This document shows, in pieces, positions 50,351-59,864 of a DNA stretch of 64,000 nt (positions are counted from its first letter, which is position 1; every line of letters starts with the position of its first letter). Source of the stretch: Gammaproteobacteria bacterium (GTDB lineage: Bacteria > Pseudomonadota > Gammaproteobacteria > CAJXQU01). The translations under genes and the position numbers were made by a program. The stretch spans positions 1,888,001-1,952,000 of the forward strand of contig CBDEGZ010000003.1 in the NCBI GenBank assembly GCA_965238175.1, in the 5' to 3' direction. Below the pieces are notes generated by a model. The model saw only the letters and a list, made by a program, of their open reading frames with translations. It searched no databases and was not told where the DNA came from.

Positions 50351-51079
50351 TTAAAAATTAATTTGTTTTAATAGCATTAAAATACCTGCAACAAACATCA
50401 TAATCATTGTATAGAAACGAAATCGATCTTTATCAACTTGATACAAATGGTTGCGTGCTAAATAAACACCAATAATTGCACCAGCACCTAATAGAATTCC
50501 ATAAAGTGCAATTTCAAAAGTTAAGACGCCAAAGATCGTGTAGGTAGTCAGTTTTGTTAATTGCATTGCAAGTGAATTGATCGATTTTGTAGCGACCAAT
50601 TGTTCTTTCTCAAGACCGTAGTTAAGCATAAAAGGGTTTAAAACAGGCCCCGTTGCACCGATCAGGCCGGAGAGAAAAGAGATCAAAACGCCTAAGGGAA
50701 AAAATAATAGTTTCTGCATTTTAAAGGTTAGCTTTGATTTTCCAAATTGATATTGAAAAACATAACTGATCAAAAATAGCGCGATAACAATTTGCATCCA
50801 TTTTGGATCAAGGAAACTAAATGACCATGCACCAAGAAATGCACCTATCAAGCTGCCAGGTAAAAGAAATTTGATCACGTTCCAATCCACATGTTCACGA
50901 AACATCCATGCACGTGCTGGATTGCTACAAATGGCCGCGAGTGAAATAATGGGAGCAACGTATTGAGCGCCAAGTAGAATTCCTATTACTGGAATTAGAA
51001 TAGTCGCTGCGCCGCCAGCAGCAATGGTACTTATAAACCAGGCAACTGCTCCGCAGAGAATAAGCAATAGATAAATCAT
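50351..51079 (-). CDS. TauE/SafE family exporter
   Basis: Multi-TM protein; AAGGAA..LIP and SGLIGATGP motifs. Confidence 0.8.
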   Translation of the reverse strand: MIYLLLILCGAVAWFISTIAAGGAATILIPVIGILLGAQYVAPIISLAAICSNPARAWMFREHVDWNVIKFLLPGSLIGAFLGAWSFSFLDPKWMQIVIALFLISYVFQYQFGKSKLTFKMQKLLFFPLGVLISFLSGLIGATGPVLNPFMLNYGLEKEQLVATKSINSLAMQLTKLTTYTIFGVLTFEIALYGILLGAGAIIGVYLARNHLYQVDKDRFRFYTMIMMFVAGILMLLKQINF

Positions 51080-51092
51080 TGTTCAATATTTT

Positions 51093-51938
51093 CTAAATAT
51101 TCAATAATGACCAAACAGGCGTTATTGAACTCGACAAGGCAGGGAATCTTCCTGGTTGGTTGCTGTACTGTTTGTGACCATGGAAATCTGATCCTACAGA
51201 GCCCATTAGATCAAATTGCAAGGCATATCCCAGGCTGGTTTCAATCTCTGCAGGGGTGTAATAACCGCAAACGACTTCCATTGCCTGACCGCCATTTTCT
51301 TTAAAGCTGGTTAATAGACGTCTCATCCATGAGGCTGTTAATTTATAGCGTAAGGGGTGTGCAAGTATTGCGATTCCCCCAGCTTGATTTATAAGATTTA
51401 GAACCTTTTCCATTGAGGGCCACTCGGTTGAAACATAGGCCTTCTTATTGTTGCCGAGATAACGTTTAAAAGCATCTTGCGGATCTTTTGCGTAACCTTG
51501 TTGAACGAGGAATTGTGCAAAGTGAGGTCGAGTTAAAAGACCACCATTAGAAAACTTTTTTGCTCCTTCTAATGCTTCACTTATGCCTGCACCTTCGAGT
51601 TTTTTTGCGATCCGTTCTGCACGTTCCAGGCGTTGTTTCTTTATGCTTTCTAATGCTTCTTTTAATTGACTATTTTTTGGATCAATATTTAAGGCAATGA
51701 TGTGTAGAACTTTTTTATTCCAGGTCGCAGACATCTCGATACCATTGATAAATTTTATACCTTTTTGTTCTGCTATATTACGCGCTTCTTCCAAACCTTC
51801 GGTAGTGTCGTGATCGGTTAGTGACATTACATTTACTTTATTTTCATGAACCAGCTCAACGAGTTTCGTCGGTGACAGTAGGCCATCAGAAGCAGTCGAA
51901 TGCATATGTAGATCAATAATAAAGTTTTCTTCAGTCAT
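51093..51938 (-). CDS. PHP-domain phosphoesterase (YciV/TrpH/RNase AM family)
   Basis: DLHMHSTASDG, LTDHDT, RPHFA, LAHP and GSDFHG motifs. Confidence 0.9.
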   Translation of the reverse strand: MTEENFIIDLHMHSTASDGLLSPTKLVELVHENKVNVMSLTDHDTTEGLEEARNIAEQKGIKFINGIEMSATWNKKVLHIIALNIDPKNSQLKEALESIKKQRLERAERIAKKLEGAGISEALEGAKKFSNGGLLTRPHFAQFLVQQGYAKDPQDAFKRYLGNNKKAYVSTEWPSMEKVLNLINQAGGIAILAHPLRYKLTASWMRRLLTSFKENGGQAMEVVCGYYTPAEIETSLGYALQFDLMGSVGSDFHGHKQYSNQPGRFPALSSSITPVWSLLNI

Positions 51939-51974
51939 ATGTTTATGATAATAATTTCTCTTCTAACTATTTTA

Positions 51975-53861
51975 TCAGTTTTGAATACTTTCAAGCTCTT
52001 CGTTTAATTCTAGCCAGCTTAATTCAAACTCTTCTAAGGATTGATCAATTTTACCTTGTTCGACCAATAACTGGCTTAACTTTTCTTTATTGGTGTCATC
52101 ATAAATATTCGGATCAGAAAGTGCTTGGTGAACCTGATTTTTTTGTGTTTGCACCTTTTCAATATCACGTTCAATATTTTTGATCTTATTTTTCAACGGC
52201 TGTAATTTTTTTCTCTGTTCAGCTTCAAGCCGTTTCTGATCTTTTTTCTCTATAGATTTACTATTGGATTTTTGATCTTTTTTATCATCTTGATCAGAAA
52301 GTTTGAGAGCAGATTTGTAGTTATCCAAATCACCATCGAATTCGATCATTTTACCTGCATTGATCAATAATAATTTATCGGTGGCTGTTCTGAGCAAATG
52401 TCGATCATGCGAAATGATCACCATTGCACCTTCATAACTTTGCAATGCCATAACAAGTGCATGACGCATTTCGATATCAAGATGATTTGTAGGCTCATCA
52501 AGCAATAGTAGAGAAGGGCGTTGATAGACAATGATAGACAAAACCAACCGTGCTTTTTCACCGCCAGAAAGTGGCCCGACCGGTTCCAGTGCTGAGTCAC
52601 CTTGAAAACCAAAACTGCCAAGATGACCGCGAAGATCTTTTTCTGTAGCGTATTTATCCAGACGTTGTAAATGAATAAGTGGTGAAACTGTATCATCCAA
52701 TTGTTCTAGCTGATGTTGTGCAAAGTAACCCAGTTTCAGATCCTTAGCTTCACGACGCACGCCGTGACGACTTTCAAGTTCACCGGCAAGTAATTTTATC
52801 AAGGTTGATTTACCCGCTCCATTGGGGCCGAGTAAACCAATCCGATCACCGGGAGTAAGATTCAGATCAATATCGGAAACGATGATCTTTTCACCATAAC
52901 CGACACTGGCATTTTCTAGTTTTAATAAACTGTCATAAATTTTTTCTGGCGGTTTAAAACTAAAATTAAATTGCGAGTCCACATGCGCAGGTGCAATGGT
53001 TGCCATCCTTTCCAGTGCCTTAATTCTACTTTGTGCTTGTCTGGCTTTGGTGGCTTGAGCACGAAATCGATCAACATAACTTTGAATATGAGCGATATCT
53101 CTTTGCTGTTTTTGAAACGCAAGTGATTGCTGCGCAAGTTGTTCGGCCCGGAGTGTTTCAAAACCCGAATAATTACCGGTGTAGAGTTTTATATGTTGAT
53201 GTTCAATATGCGCGATATGATCTGTTATTCGATCAAGAAAATCACGATCATGCGAGATCATTAACAACGTTCCGGGATAACTACGCAGCCAATCTTCCAG
53301 CCAGAAAACCGCATCAAGATCGAGATGGTTGGTTGGCTCATCGAGTAATAAAAGATCGGAACGACACATTAACGCCTGCGCCAGATTCAAACGCATCCGC
53401 CAGCCACCCGAAAATGACTCGACAGAATGATCATGTTGCGCTGTGGTAAAGCCAAGACCGTGGAGCAAACGTGCGGCACGACTGCTTGCGGTGTATCCAT
53501 CAATGCTAGAGAACTGTTCATGCAGATCCGCAATAAGCGTACCATCGACTTTTTGTTCGGCGATGGATAATTGCTGTTCAATCTGGCGTAATTCATTGTC
53601 GCCATCCAGCGTGTAGTCAATGGCGCTGGTTTTGAGCGCTGGTGTTTCTTGCGCGACGTGTGCAATAACCCATTGTGAAGGAATATTGAATTCACCAACG
53701 TCATTATGTAACTCATCAAGGATCAAGCTAAACAAGCTGGATTTTCCGGTGCCATTACTACCGGTTATGCCGGTTTTCCAGCCGGGATGGATCATAAAAT
53801 TCACATCCTCAAAGAGGATGCGTTTTCCACGACGCAGAGTCAGTTGCTTGAAGTTCAGCAT
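51975..53861 (-). CDS. yheS: ABC-F ATP-binding protein (YheS-like)
   Basis: Two ABC domains (GSNGTGKS, FSGGWRMRL, LLDEPTNHLD; GPNGAGKS, LSGGEKARL), no TM, C-terminal coiled coil. Confidence 0.88.
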   Translation of the reverse strand: MLNFKQLTLRRGKRILFEDVNFMIHPGWKTGITGSNGTGKSSLFSLILDELHNDVGEFNIPSQWVIAHVAQETPALKTSAIDYTLDGDNELRQIEQQLSIAEQKVDGTLIADLHEQFSSIDGYTASSRAARLLHGLGFTTAQHDHSVESFSGGWRMRLNLAQALMCRSDLLLLDEPTNHLDLDAVFWLEDWLRSYPGTLLMISHDRDFLDRITDHIAHIEHQHIKLYTGNYSGFETLRAEQLAQQSLAFQKQQRDIAHIQSYVDRFRAQATKARQAQSRIKALERMATIAPAHVDSQFNFSFKPPEKIYDSLLKLENASVGYGEKIIVSDIDLNLTPGDRIGLLGPNGAGKSTLIKLLAGELESRHGVRREAKDLKLGYFAQHQLEQLDDTVSPLIHLQRLDKYATEKDLRGHLGSFGFQGDSALEPVGPLSGGEKARLVLSIIVYQRPSLLLLDEPTNHLDIEMRHALVMALQSYEGAMVIISHDRHLLRTATDKLLLINAGKMIEFDGDLDNYKSALKLSDQDDKKDQKSNSKSIEKKDQKRLEAEQRKKLQPLKNKIKNIERDIEKVQTQKNQVHQALSDPNIYDDTNKEKLSQLLVEQGKIDQSLEEFELSWLELNEELESIQN

Positions 53862-53972
53862 GATTATGAAGGCGGCAAATAAAGCGACAGAGTATATACC
53901 CAAATTACCTGAAAATGCCGGATTATAATCCTTCTGTTTTGATCCGAAGTGTGGTTGCCCCTTGCTGGATTG

Positions 53973-55151
53973 TTACTCGGTTTCTAGTTGCTCACTGTCG
54001 GGGTTGGCGAAAGTGATCAACTGTGTCACTTCGGCCGATTCTGGCGCCACCGCCATCGGTGCCAGCATACCGGGAAGAATTTCCAGATCGTATAACTCAG
54101 ATAACTTGCCATCAATGCGTAACCAGTCAACACAGGTGCCTGTCGACAACTGAATAACTTGAACACCACACCACGGATCTGAATCAACATCTTTAAGTTT
54201 TTGATCAAGCGGTAAACCTTCAAAGCGTTCATAGCGTGGTTTGGATAAGCCGACAAACGCAAAATCACCACAAAAAGCCAGTCCGCGTACAAAACCGGGG
54301 CAAAAAGCACGCGCTTCAAACTCACCTTCGGTATTGTCATCTTTGCGTTTCACCACACCTAATTCACCGGTGCCGGAGTTTAACAACCACAATTCGCCAT
54401 TATGTATGCGCGGGGAATGCGGCATGGACAGGCCACGGCAGATAATTTGATCATTTTCAATATCGATGACAATGCCGCCGCCGGAACGTCGGTCGCGCCA
54501 GCCATCAATTGTGTCAGAGGCTGAGACTGCGGTGGCGTATCGTGGCTGATCCCCCTCCATCGCCAGGCCATTGAGATGACAGCGATCTTCATTAACCAGG
54601 GCGGAAATAAAAGGTGGTTGCCATAACACTTCAAAACTGTGTTTATCAGACACCGTGGCAAGGCAGTTATAGCTTGTGTTGATAAACACCGCCCGGCCTT
54701 TTTTGTCTATTCCCACATCGTGTGCATCTAGTTGGCCGGTGTTGTGTATCACACGCGGTACATAGCAAGCATCATGATGGTGATTAATCCGTTGCTCGGC
54801 TTCTAATACATTTTGAAAACGCAAAATCTGATACGCACCGGACAAGGTCAAGCCGCCACTCTCATCCAGAAACAAACCCATCGGACGCGCAACTGCGGAC
54901 TGATGGATATGAAGACCACCCTGATTATTATGGCCGACTAAATACAGCAGATTAGATTCGTAAGAGGTAAACGCGAAGGAGGCATTCAGGCTTTTTAAAC
55001 GCGCTAATAATCCAGCTGAAGATGAAAACTTGATCGGCTCAGCCTCTGCTTGTTCAGGTTGTTTTTCCTGGTTAGCCGACTCATTCGATTCTGTTTGATC
55101 ATTCTTCGAATGATCTTTTGCGGTTTGAGTGTCTTCGCGTGTGCTGCTCAT
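53973..55151 (-). CDS. TIGR03032/DUF4915-family beta-propeller protein
   Basis: DACYVPR, TG.LDAHD, NT.YNCLAT, EDRCHLNGLA, GLSMPHSPR and FCPGF.RG motifs. Confidence 0.88.
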   Translation of the reverse strand: MSSTREDTQTAKDHSKNDQTESNESANQEKQPEQAEAEPIKFSSSAGLLARLKSLNASFAFTSYESNLLYLVGHNNQGGLHIHQSAVARPMGLFLDESGGLTLSGAYQILRFQNVLEAEQRINHHHDACYVPRVIHNTGQLDAHDVGIDKKGRAVFINTSYNCLATVSDKHSFEVLWQPPFISALVNEDRCHLNGLAMEGDQPRYATAVSASDTIDGWRDRRSGGGIVIDIENDQIICRGLSMPHSPRIHNGELWLLNSGTGELGVVKRKDDNTEGEFEARAFCPGFVRGLAFCGDFAFVGLSKPRYERFEGLPLDQKLKDVDSDPWCGVQVIQLSTGTCVDWLRIDGKLSELYDLEILPGMLAPMAVAPESAEVTQLITFANPDSEQLETE

Positions 55152-55245
55152 GTGATTTGCCTCTTTATTAATATTGTGGATTTACTGTGCAGCAGACTAG
55201 AGGACGATTTAGACAAGCGCAAGCTTTACATTCACCATAAAAAAT

Positions 55246-55283
55246 AAAAAAAGCCAGCTTAAACAGATATCGCTTAAACTGGC
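55246..55283 (-). terminator. Intrinsic terminator after the PEP-CTERM-type gene
   Basis: Minus strand GCCAGTTTAAGC...GTTTAAGCTGGC followed by T7. Confidence 0.6.
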
Positions 55284-55312
55284 ATATATCATTGATCGTT
55301 AGCGTCTTAAGT

Positions 55313-57790
55313 TTAGGCCGCCGCTTCTTTACGTCGTCGTCGCATCATGGTCAAACTGATCAAGCCCGAACCAAACATCCAAACAGCGGCAGGGACTGGC
55401 ACAGCCGATGTTTGAATATCCGTTAACGTCAGCGCGACAGCTAGATCGCCGGCGCCTAAATTATGATCATAATTGATCATAAAACTCAACAGTGAACCAC
55501 CCGCCGTCAGGCTAAAGCTTGAGTCATCGGTTAATGTCGAAGTGGTGCCGTTGTCATCAAAGCGGAACAGGCCGGATTGCGAGGTATCGTAATCTACCAG
55601 GGTAAAAATTTGATTGACTGCCCAGGCGCTGGGGTCATCAATTTCGAGGTCAAGGAAAACACTATTTGCGCCCGTCAATGCGAAGGTATCGGCATTGAGT
55701 AAACTGGTGTCTGAACCATCGAGGAAAAGTGTCAAATGACCATCGCCAAGCAAGGAAATATTGCCCGCACTGACGGTATCAACAATGGCCAGGTTGGCAC
55801 CGGCATCAATCTCGACTTCAGTTGTACCGGAGATATCACCCACCTGTCGTTGCGTACCGCTGTCAATATTGACCTTGCTGACGTTGGTTAAGCCGTTAGA
55901 GACAAACGTATTACCGTTACCGACATTGACATTGACGATATCATTGACGATACCATTATTAACCTTACCGACAATACCACCTGATATCGTACCGCCAGTA
56001 ATGTTGACCGTATCGACGTTAGTACCGAGCAAAATATTGCCGTTTATTTGGCCTGCCTGTTGGTTGATGGTGTTTTGGCCTGTGGTCACATCGCTGACAT
56101 CAATTGCTACGCCATTACCACCTTGTATTGTACCGTTATTGGTGATGGTTAGACTACTTTCAGAACTGTCAATGTCTACAGCCGCGCTGCTATTTGATGT
56201 GATGGTGCCGTTATTAGTAATCGTGCCGTTGAATGAACTGGTAGGATTACTACCTCTATCTACAGACAAACCATTACGGGTGCCTCCACTCACGGTACCA
56301 CCGGCTGTCACCGTGACATTCAGAGTATTAGCGCCGTTGCTGTTGTTGCGAACCCTAATACCATTTCCACGGCCACTCACATTGGCCGTGGTGATGTTTA
56401 TGTTGCCAGAGGAGTCGGCATAAATCCCGGCAGAGTATGCACCTCTACTGCTTACCGCACCTGCGCTGCTGTCGATGGTCACAGCACCTGCGCTGCTCTC
56501 GGCGCGAATACCATGTCCACCGCTACTCACATTGGCCGTGGTGATGTTGAGGGTGCCAGAGGAGCGGGCATTAATCCCGTCAGAGTACATACTTGTACTG
56601 CTTACCGCACCTGCGCTGCTGTCGATGGTCACAGTACCTGCGCTGCTCTCGGCGCGAATACTATTTCCACCGGCACTCACACCGGCTGTGGTGATGTTGA
56701 GGTTGCCAGAGGAGGAGGCATAAATCCCGTTAGAGTATGTACCTCTACTGCTTACCGCACCTGCGCTGCTGTTAATGGTCACAGCACCACCTGCGCTGCT
56801 GTTGGCGCGAATACCATTTCCACCGGCACTCACACCGGTTGTGGTGATGTTTATGTTGCCAGAGGAGGTGGTGGCATCAATCCCGGCAGAGTTTGTACTG
56901 CTTATCACACCTGCGCTGCTGTTGATGGTCACAGCACCAGCATCGCTATCGGCGCGAATACCATTTCCACCGGCACTCACATTGGCCGTGGTGATGTTGA
57001 GGTTGCCAGAGGAGGTGGTGGCATCAATCCCGGAAGAGTATGCACCTGTACTACTTACCACACCTGCGTTGCTGTCGATGGTCACAGCACCAGCATCGCT
57101 ATCGGCGCGAATACCACTTCCACCGCCACTCACATTGGCCGTGGTGATGTTTATGTTGCCAGAGGAGTCGGCATTAATCCCGTCATAGCGTGTACCGCTC
57201 ACCACACCTGCGCTGCTGTTGATGGTCACAGCACCTGCGCTGCTCTCGGCGCGAATACCATTTCCACCGCCACTCACACCGGCCGTGGTGATGTTTATGT
57301 TGTTAGTAGAGTCGGCATTAATCCCGTCATAGGTTGTACCGACTACCTGGCTAACATTTGTGGTGTTAATGCTCAAATCATTAGTGGTATTACGATTACG
57401 GTTGTTCGCTGCAATACCATTTTCAGCACCTGCAATCAGTGCGACATTGCTGCTGGCGCTGAAGGTAATGCCACTGTTGCTTTCCAGAGCAAACGCATTA
57501 CGACCCGTGGTTCGTGTATCGAGCCCAAAACCGGCGCTGAGCGTGACCGACAAGAGGCTACCAGTGGCAGATAAGTTTTGAGTGGTGTCGCTGACACTAT
57601 TAGCCGCATTTGAACAAACAAAGTTAGGGCTTGGGCCGGTACAGGTGCCCGCGTAGGCTTGTCGTCCGCCATAACCGCCACCCAGCAGTGCAGTGGCTAC
57701 TGCTGAATGCAGTGCCAGTTGTCGCCAGGGTTTTGAGTTTGTTGTTTTAGTTGCGTGTTTTGGTTGCTGTTTTTTTACTGGTGATTTCAT
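55313..57790 (-). CDS. Ser/Gly/Asn-rich repetitive surface protein with a VPLPA/PEP-CTERM-type sorting signal
   Basis: Extended signal peptide ending QAYA; about 50-aa beta-rich repeats; C-terminus AVPVPAAVWMFGSGLISLTMMRRRRK. Confidence 0.88.
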   Translation of the reverse strand: MKSPVKKQQPKHATKTTNSKPWRQLALHSAVATALLGGGYGGRQAYAGTCTGPSPNFVCSNAANSVSDTTQNLSATGSLLSVTLSAGFGLDTRTTGRNAFALESNSGITFSASSNVALIAGAENGIAANNRNRNTTNDLSINTTNVSQVVGTTYDGINADSTNNINITTAGVSGGGNGIRAESSAGAVTINSSAGVVSGTRYDGINADSSGNINITTANVSGGGSGIRADSDAGAVTIDSNAGVVSSTGAYSSGIDATTSSGNLNITTANVSAGGNGIRADSDAGAVTINSSAGVISSTNSAGIDATTSSGNINITTTGVSAGGNGIRANSSAGGAVTINSSAGAVSSRGTYSNGIYASSSGNLNITTAGVSAGGNSIRAESSAGTVTIDSSAGAVSSTSMYSDGINARSSGTLNITTANVSSGGHGIRAESSAGAVTIDSSAGAVSSRGAYSAGIYADSSGNINITTANVSGRGNGIRVRNNSNGANTLNVTVTAGGTVSGGTRNGLSVDRGSNPTSSFNGTITNNGTITSNSSAAVDIDSSESSLTITNNGTIQGGNGVAIDVSDVTTGQNTINQQAGQINGNILLGTNVDTVNITGGTISGGIVGKVNNGIVNDIVNVNVGNGNTFVSNGLTNVSKVNIDSGTQRQVGDISGTTEVEIDAGANLAIVDTVSAGNISLLGDGHLTLFLDGSDTSLLNADTFALTGANSVFLDLEIDDPSAWAVNQIFTLVDYDTSQSGLFRFDDNGTTSTLTDDSSFSLTAGGSLLSFMINYDHNLGAGDLAVALTLTDIQTSAVPVPAAVWMFGSGLISLTMMRRRRKEAAA
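56360..57340 (-). repeat. About 150-bp coding tandem repeat, 6-7 copies
   Basis: Unit ...GNINITTANVSGGGNGIRAESSAGAVTIDSSAGAVSS... recurs near 56360, 56510, 56660, 56813, 56960, 57113 and 57257. Confidence 0.88.
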
Positions 57791-58115
57791 TAGGTCTCCC
57801 GATTCATTTGTTGTTTATCTATTTTATTCTCCCTTCATGTCTAGCAATTCATGTCTAGCAATTCTTATATTTATTCTTCAATATCATAAGGTTAGGTTTG
57901 TTGTGGTAATAGAGGTGGTATAAAAAGGCTGGAATGTGTTGCCTGCGAGCGACAGCAGGACATGTTTTTGGTGGGTTGATGTGAATGACACCAGAAAGGG
58001 GTTGTCGTCTGAATAGTTATTGCCTATACCCGTGCCATCTGGAAATGCAGGTGGCAGCTCGTAGGGCGCCGAATTTGAAATAGCACAAATTCGATTATGC
58101 ATGTACAAATGGACT

Positions 58116-58316
58116 ATTGGACTATGGCAACGCCGATATTGGGAACATTTTATCCGAGATGAAGGTGATTTTCGTGCCCATATGGATTATGTTCATATTA
58201 ATCCAGTCAAACATGGTTTAGTTGAGCAAGTTAAAGATTGGCCATATTCGACTTTCCACCGTGGGGTTAATGAAGATGTTTATTTTGAAAGTTGGACAGG
58301 AGGTTTAAGAAGATAA
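58116..58316 (+). pseudogene. C-terminal remnant of a REP-associated tyrosine transposase (RAYT)
   Basis: LWQRRYWEHFIRDEGDFRAHMDYVHINPVKHGLV...DWPYS; the N-terminal HUH region is missing. Confidence 0.85.
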
Positions 58317-58340
58317 AGTATCTTATCAGGATTAGTTTAT

Positions 58341-58369
58341 ACGGCGCATTGCAAGCGAGTGCGTCCTAC
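58341..58369 (-). repeat. GTAG-family REP
   Basis: Minus strand GTAGGACGCA-CTCGCTTGCAA-TGCGCCGT beside the RAYT remnant; an opposing GTAGGGCG lies at 58061. Confidence 0.6.
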
Positions 58370-58485
58370 GGGCTAAGACGTTTTCTTATCCTCACAGTTA
58401 TTGTCCATAACTGAAAATCAACATTCCATAAGGATGAAAGTTTCAAGTATTCGTTCTAGAATGAAACTCAATATAACGTTCATGG

Positions 58486-58953
58486 GTGATGTTGAAAATG
58501 TCTAAACTGATTTTGTGGCTTGTGGTTATTATCAATAGTATTGGGCTTGGTTATTTGTTCTATTTTAATCAAGCTGGATCTGGCCAACTTCAATCAGATC
58601 AGCACGGAAATGTATCAGAAATTCCTGATTTAGTCGGCACATGGAGTGGTGAGAATGTCACGGTGTCGGATCTAAAAGGTTATAAAATCTGGGGTAATAA
58701 GGTCATCCATATTACTGAACAAAAAGATCGGCGTTTTCGCGGCACGTTTACATATCCAGATGGCACCAAAAACTTTTTCGGTGTGATCTACCCTGACAAT
58801 ATTTCGTTCACCTGGGTTGCTAGCAATAGTCGCGGCTATAACCATGGTCGAATTCTTGATCAAAATAAAATTGCGGCTTGTTACGTGGAAGCGTGGGAAG
58901 AGGCGACTACGGGTTGTGCGACGCTTGAAAGAGAAAAGGTTACAGAGCAATAA
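58486..58953 (+). CDS. Membrane-anchored hypothetical beta-rich protein
   Basis: N-terminal TM; PDLVGTWSG; C-terminal Cys pair. Confidence 0.6.
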   Translation: MMLKMSKLILWLVVIINSIGLGYLFYFNQAGSGQLQSDQHGNVSEIPDLVGTWSGENVTVSDLKGYKIWGNKVIHITEQKDRRFRGTFTYPDGTKNFFGVIYPDNISFTWVASNSRGYNHGRILDQNKIAACYVEAWEEATTGCATLEREKVTEQ

Positions 58954-59299
58954 CGTCGATTTTTTTGATCACACCTTGGTCAGAGAATACGATATTTTCT
59001 AAACCTGATCGTTTAATCACTCCGTTAGTCTCGTTATTCGTCGTGGTCATCACAAAAGTGAAACTGACAGTTTGATCTTCTGGGGTTTGATAATTCTCGA
59101 CTTGCCAGTGAACATCGGGGAATCGACTGAAAAAGTCATTCATCATTTCTGCTACTGCTTTTTTACCGACAAACTCTCCGACACTTATCGAGCTGTAAAG
59201 AATATCATCGGCGAGTAAAGGTAAGATTAACTTGACTTTGTGTGCATTCGATAAAGCCACATAGGCTTTCGCTAGTTCTATCTGTTCTTTTTTATTCAT
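58940..59299 (-). CDS. SnoaL/NTF2-like protein
   Basis: AY....NAH.......LADD..Y, G..AV......FF..FPD pattern. Confidence 0.75.
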   Translation of the reverse strand: MNKKEQIELAKAYVALSNAHKVKLILPLLADDILYSSISVGEFVGKKAVAEMMNDFFSRFPDVHWQVENYQTPEDQTVSFTFVMTTTNNETNGVIKRSGLENIVFSDQGVIKKIDVIAL

Positions 59300-59402
59300 T
59301 TTGCTAGTTTGTGAAGGAAAAAGCCCTTAAGGTGAGGACTATTTACCATATTGCTAGCCACTATTTTGCAGCAATAATTACTGAGAGGGGAATACCGAAA
59401 GC

Positions 59403-59537
59403 TTAGGCTTCAGGTTTATGTCTTCTTTGCCTTTTAGATTCAGATTGTTTTTGTCTTATTGCAATAATAGTCAAAACAGCACTTGTGCTTGCGCCGATAA
59501 TAACTAAGAGAGCTTCTGTATCTAAGATTGCTGGCAT
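59403..59537 (-). CDS. 44-aa single-TM small protein (not in the ORF track)
   Basis: MPAILDTEALLVIIGASTSAVLTIIAIRQKQSESKRQRRHKPEA*; SD GGGGA upstream. Confidence 0.5.
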   Translation of the reverse strand: MPAILDTEALLVIIGASTSAVLTIIAIRQKQSESKRQRRHKPEA

Positions 59538-59864
59538 ATTATTTCCCCGGTATTATTATGTAGGTGTCAAAGACCCGTTGTTTATAAGGATGTCTTCACA
59601 TGTGAAGACGGATGTTTGTCTGTAACCTTTTGATTTCCAAACTGAAAATATTTATAGCACATATTAAACAAAAAGACACATCTAATTTCCATCGTATTTT
59701 TAAATCAATTATCGGATGAAAACAGGTCTTTTCAAATAATTGTGCCGCCTTATATTTTTAGTTCAAAATAGTTCGATATATAACAATAACTTGAAAACTA
59801 TTTGAACCCTGATGTATTAACTTCTATTATCCCGCCACATAAAAATTTAAAAGGAATGTACTCA

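Noticed and set aside
55761-57681. Long plus-strand ORFs (220, 353 and 137 aa) over the surface-protein gene
   Set aside because: They are antisense shadows of a low-complexity repetitive gene, with no motifs or RBS.
57834-57870. Possible sigma54 promoter for the PEP-CTERM-type gene
   Set aside because: TTGCT is present on the minus strand, but the required GG at the -24 position is absent.
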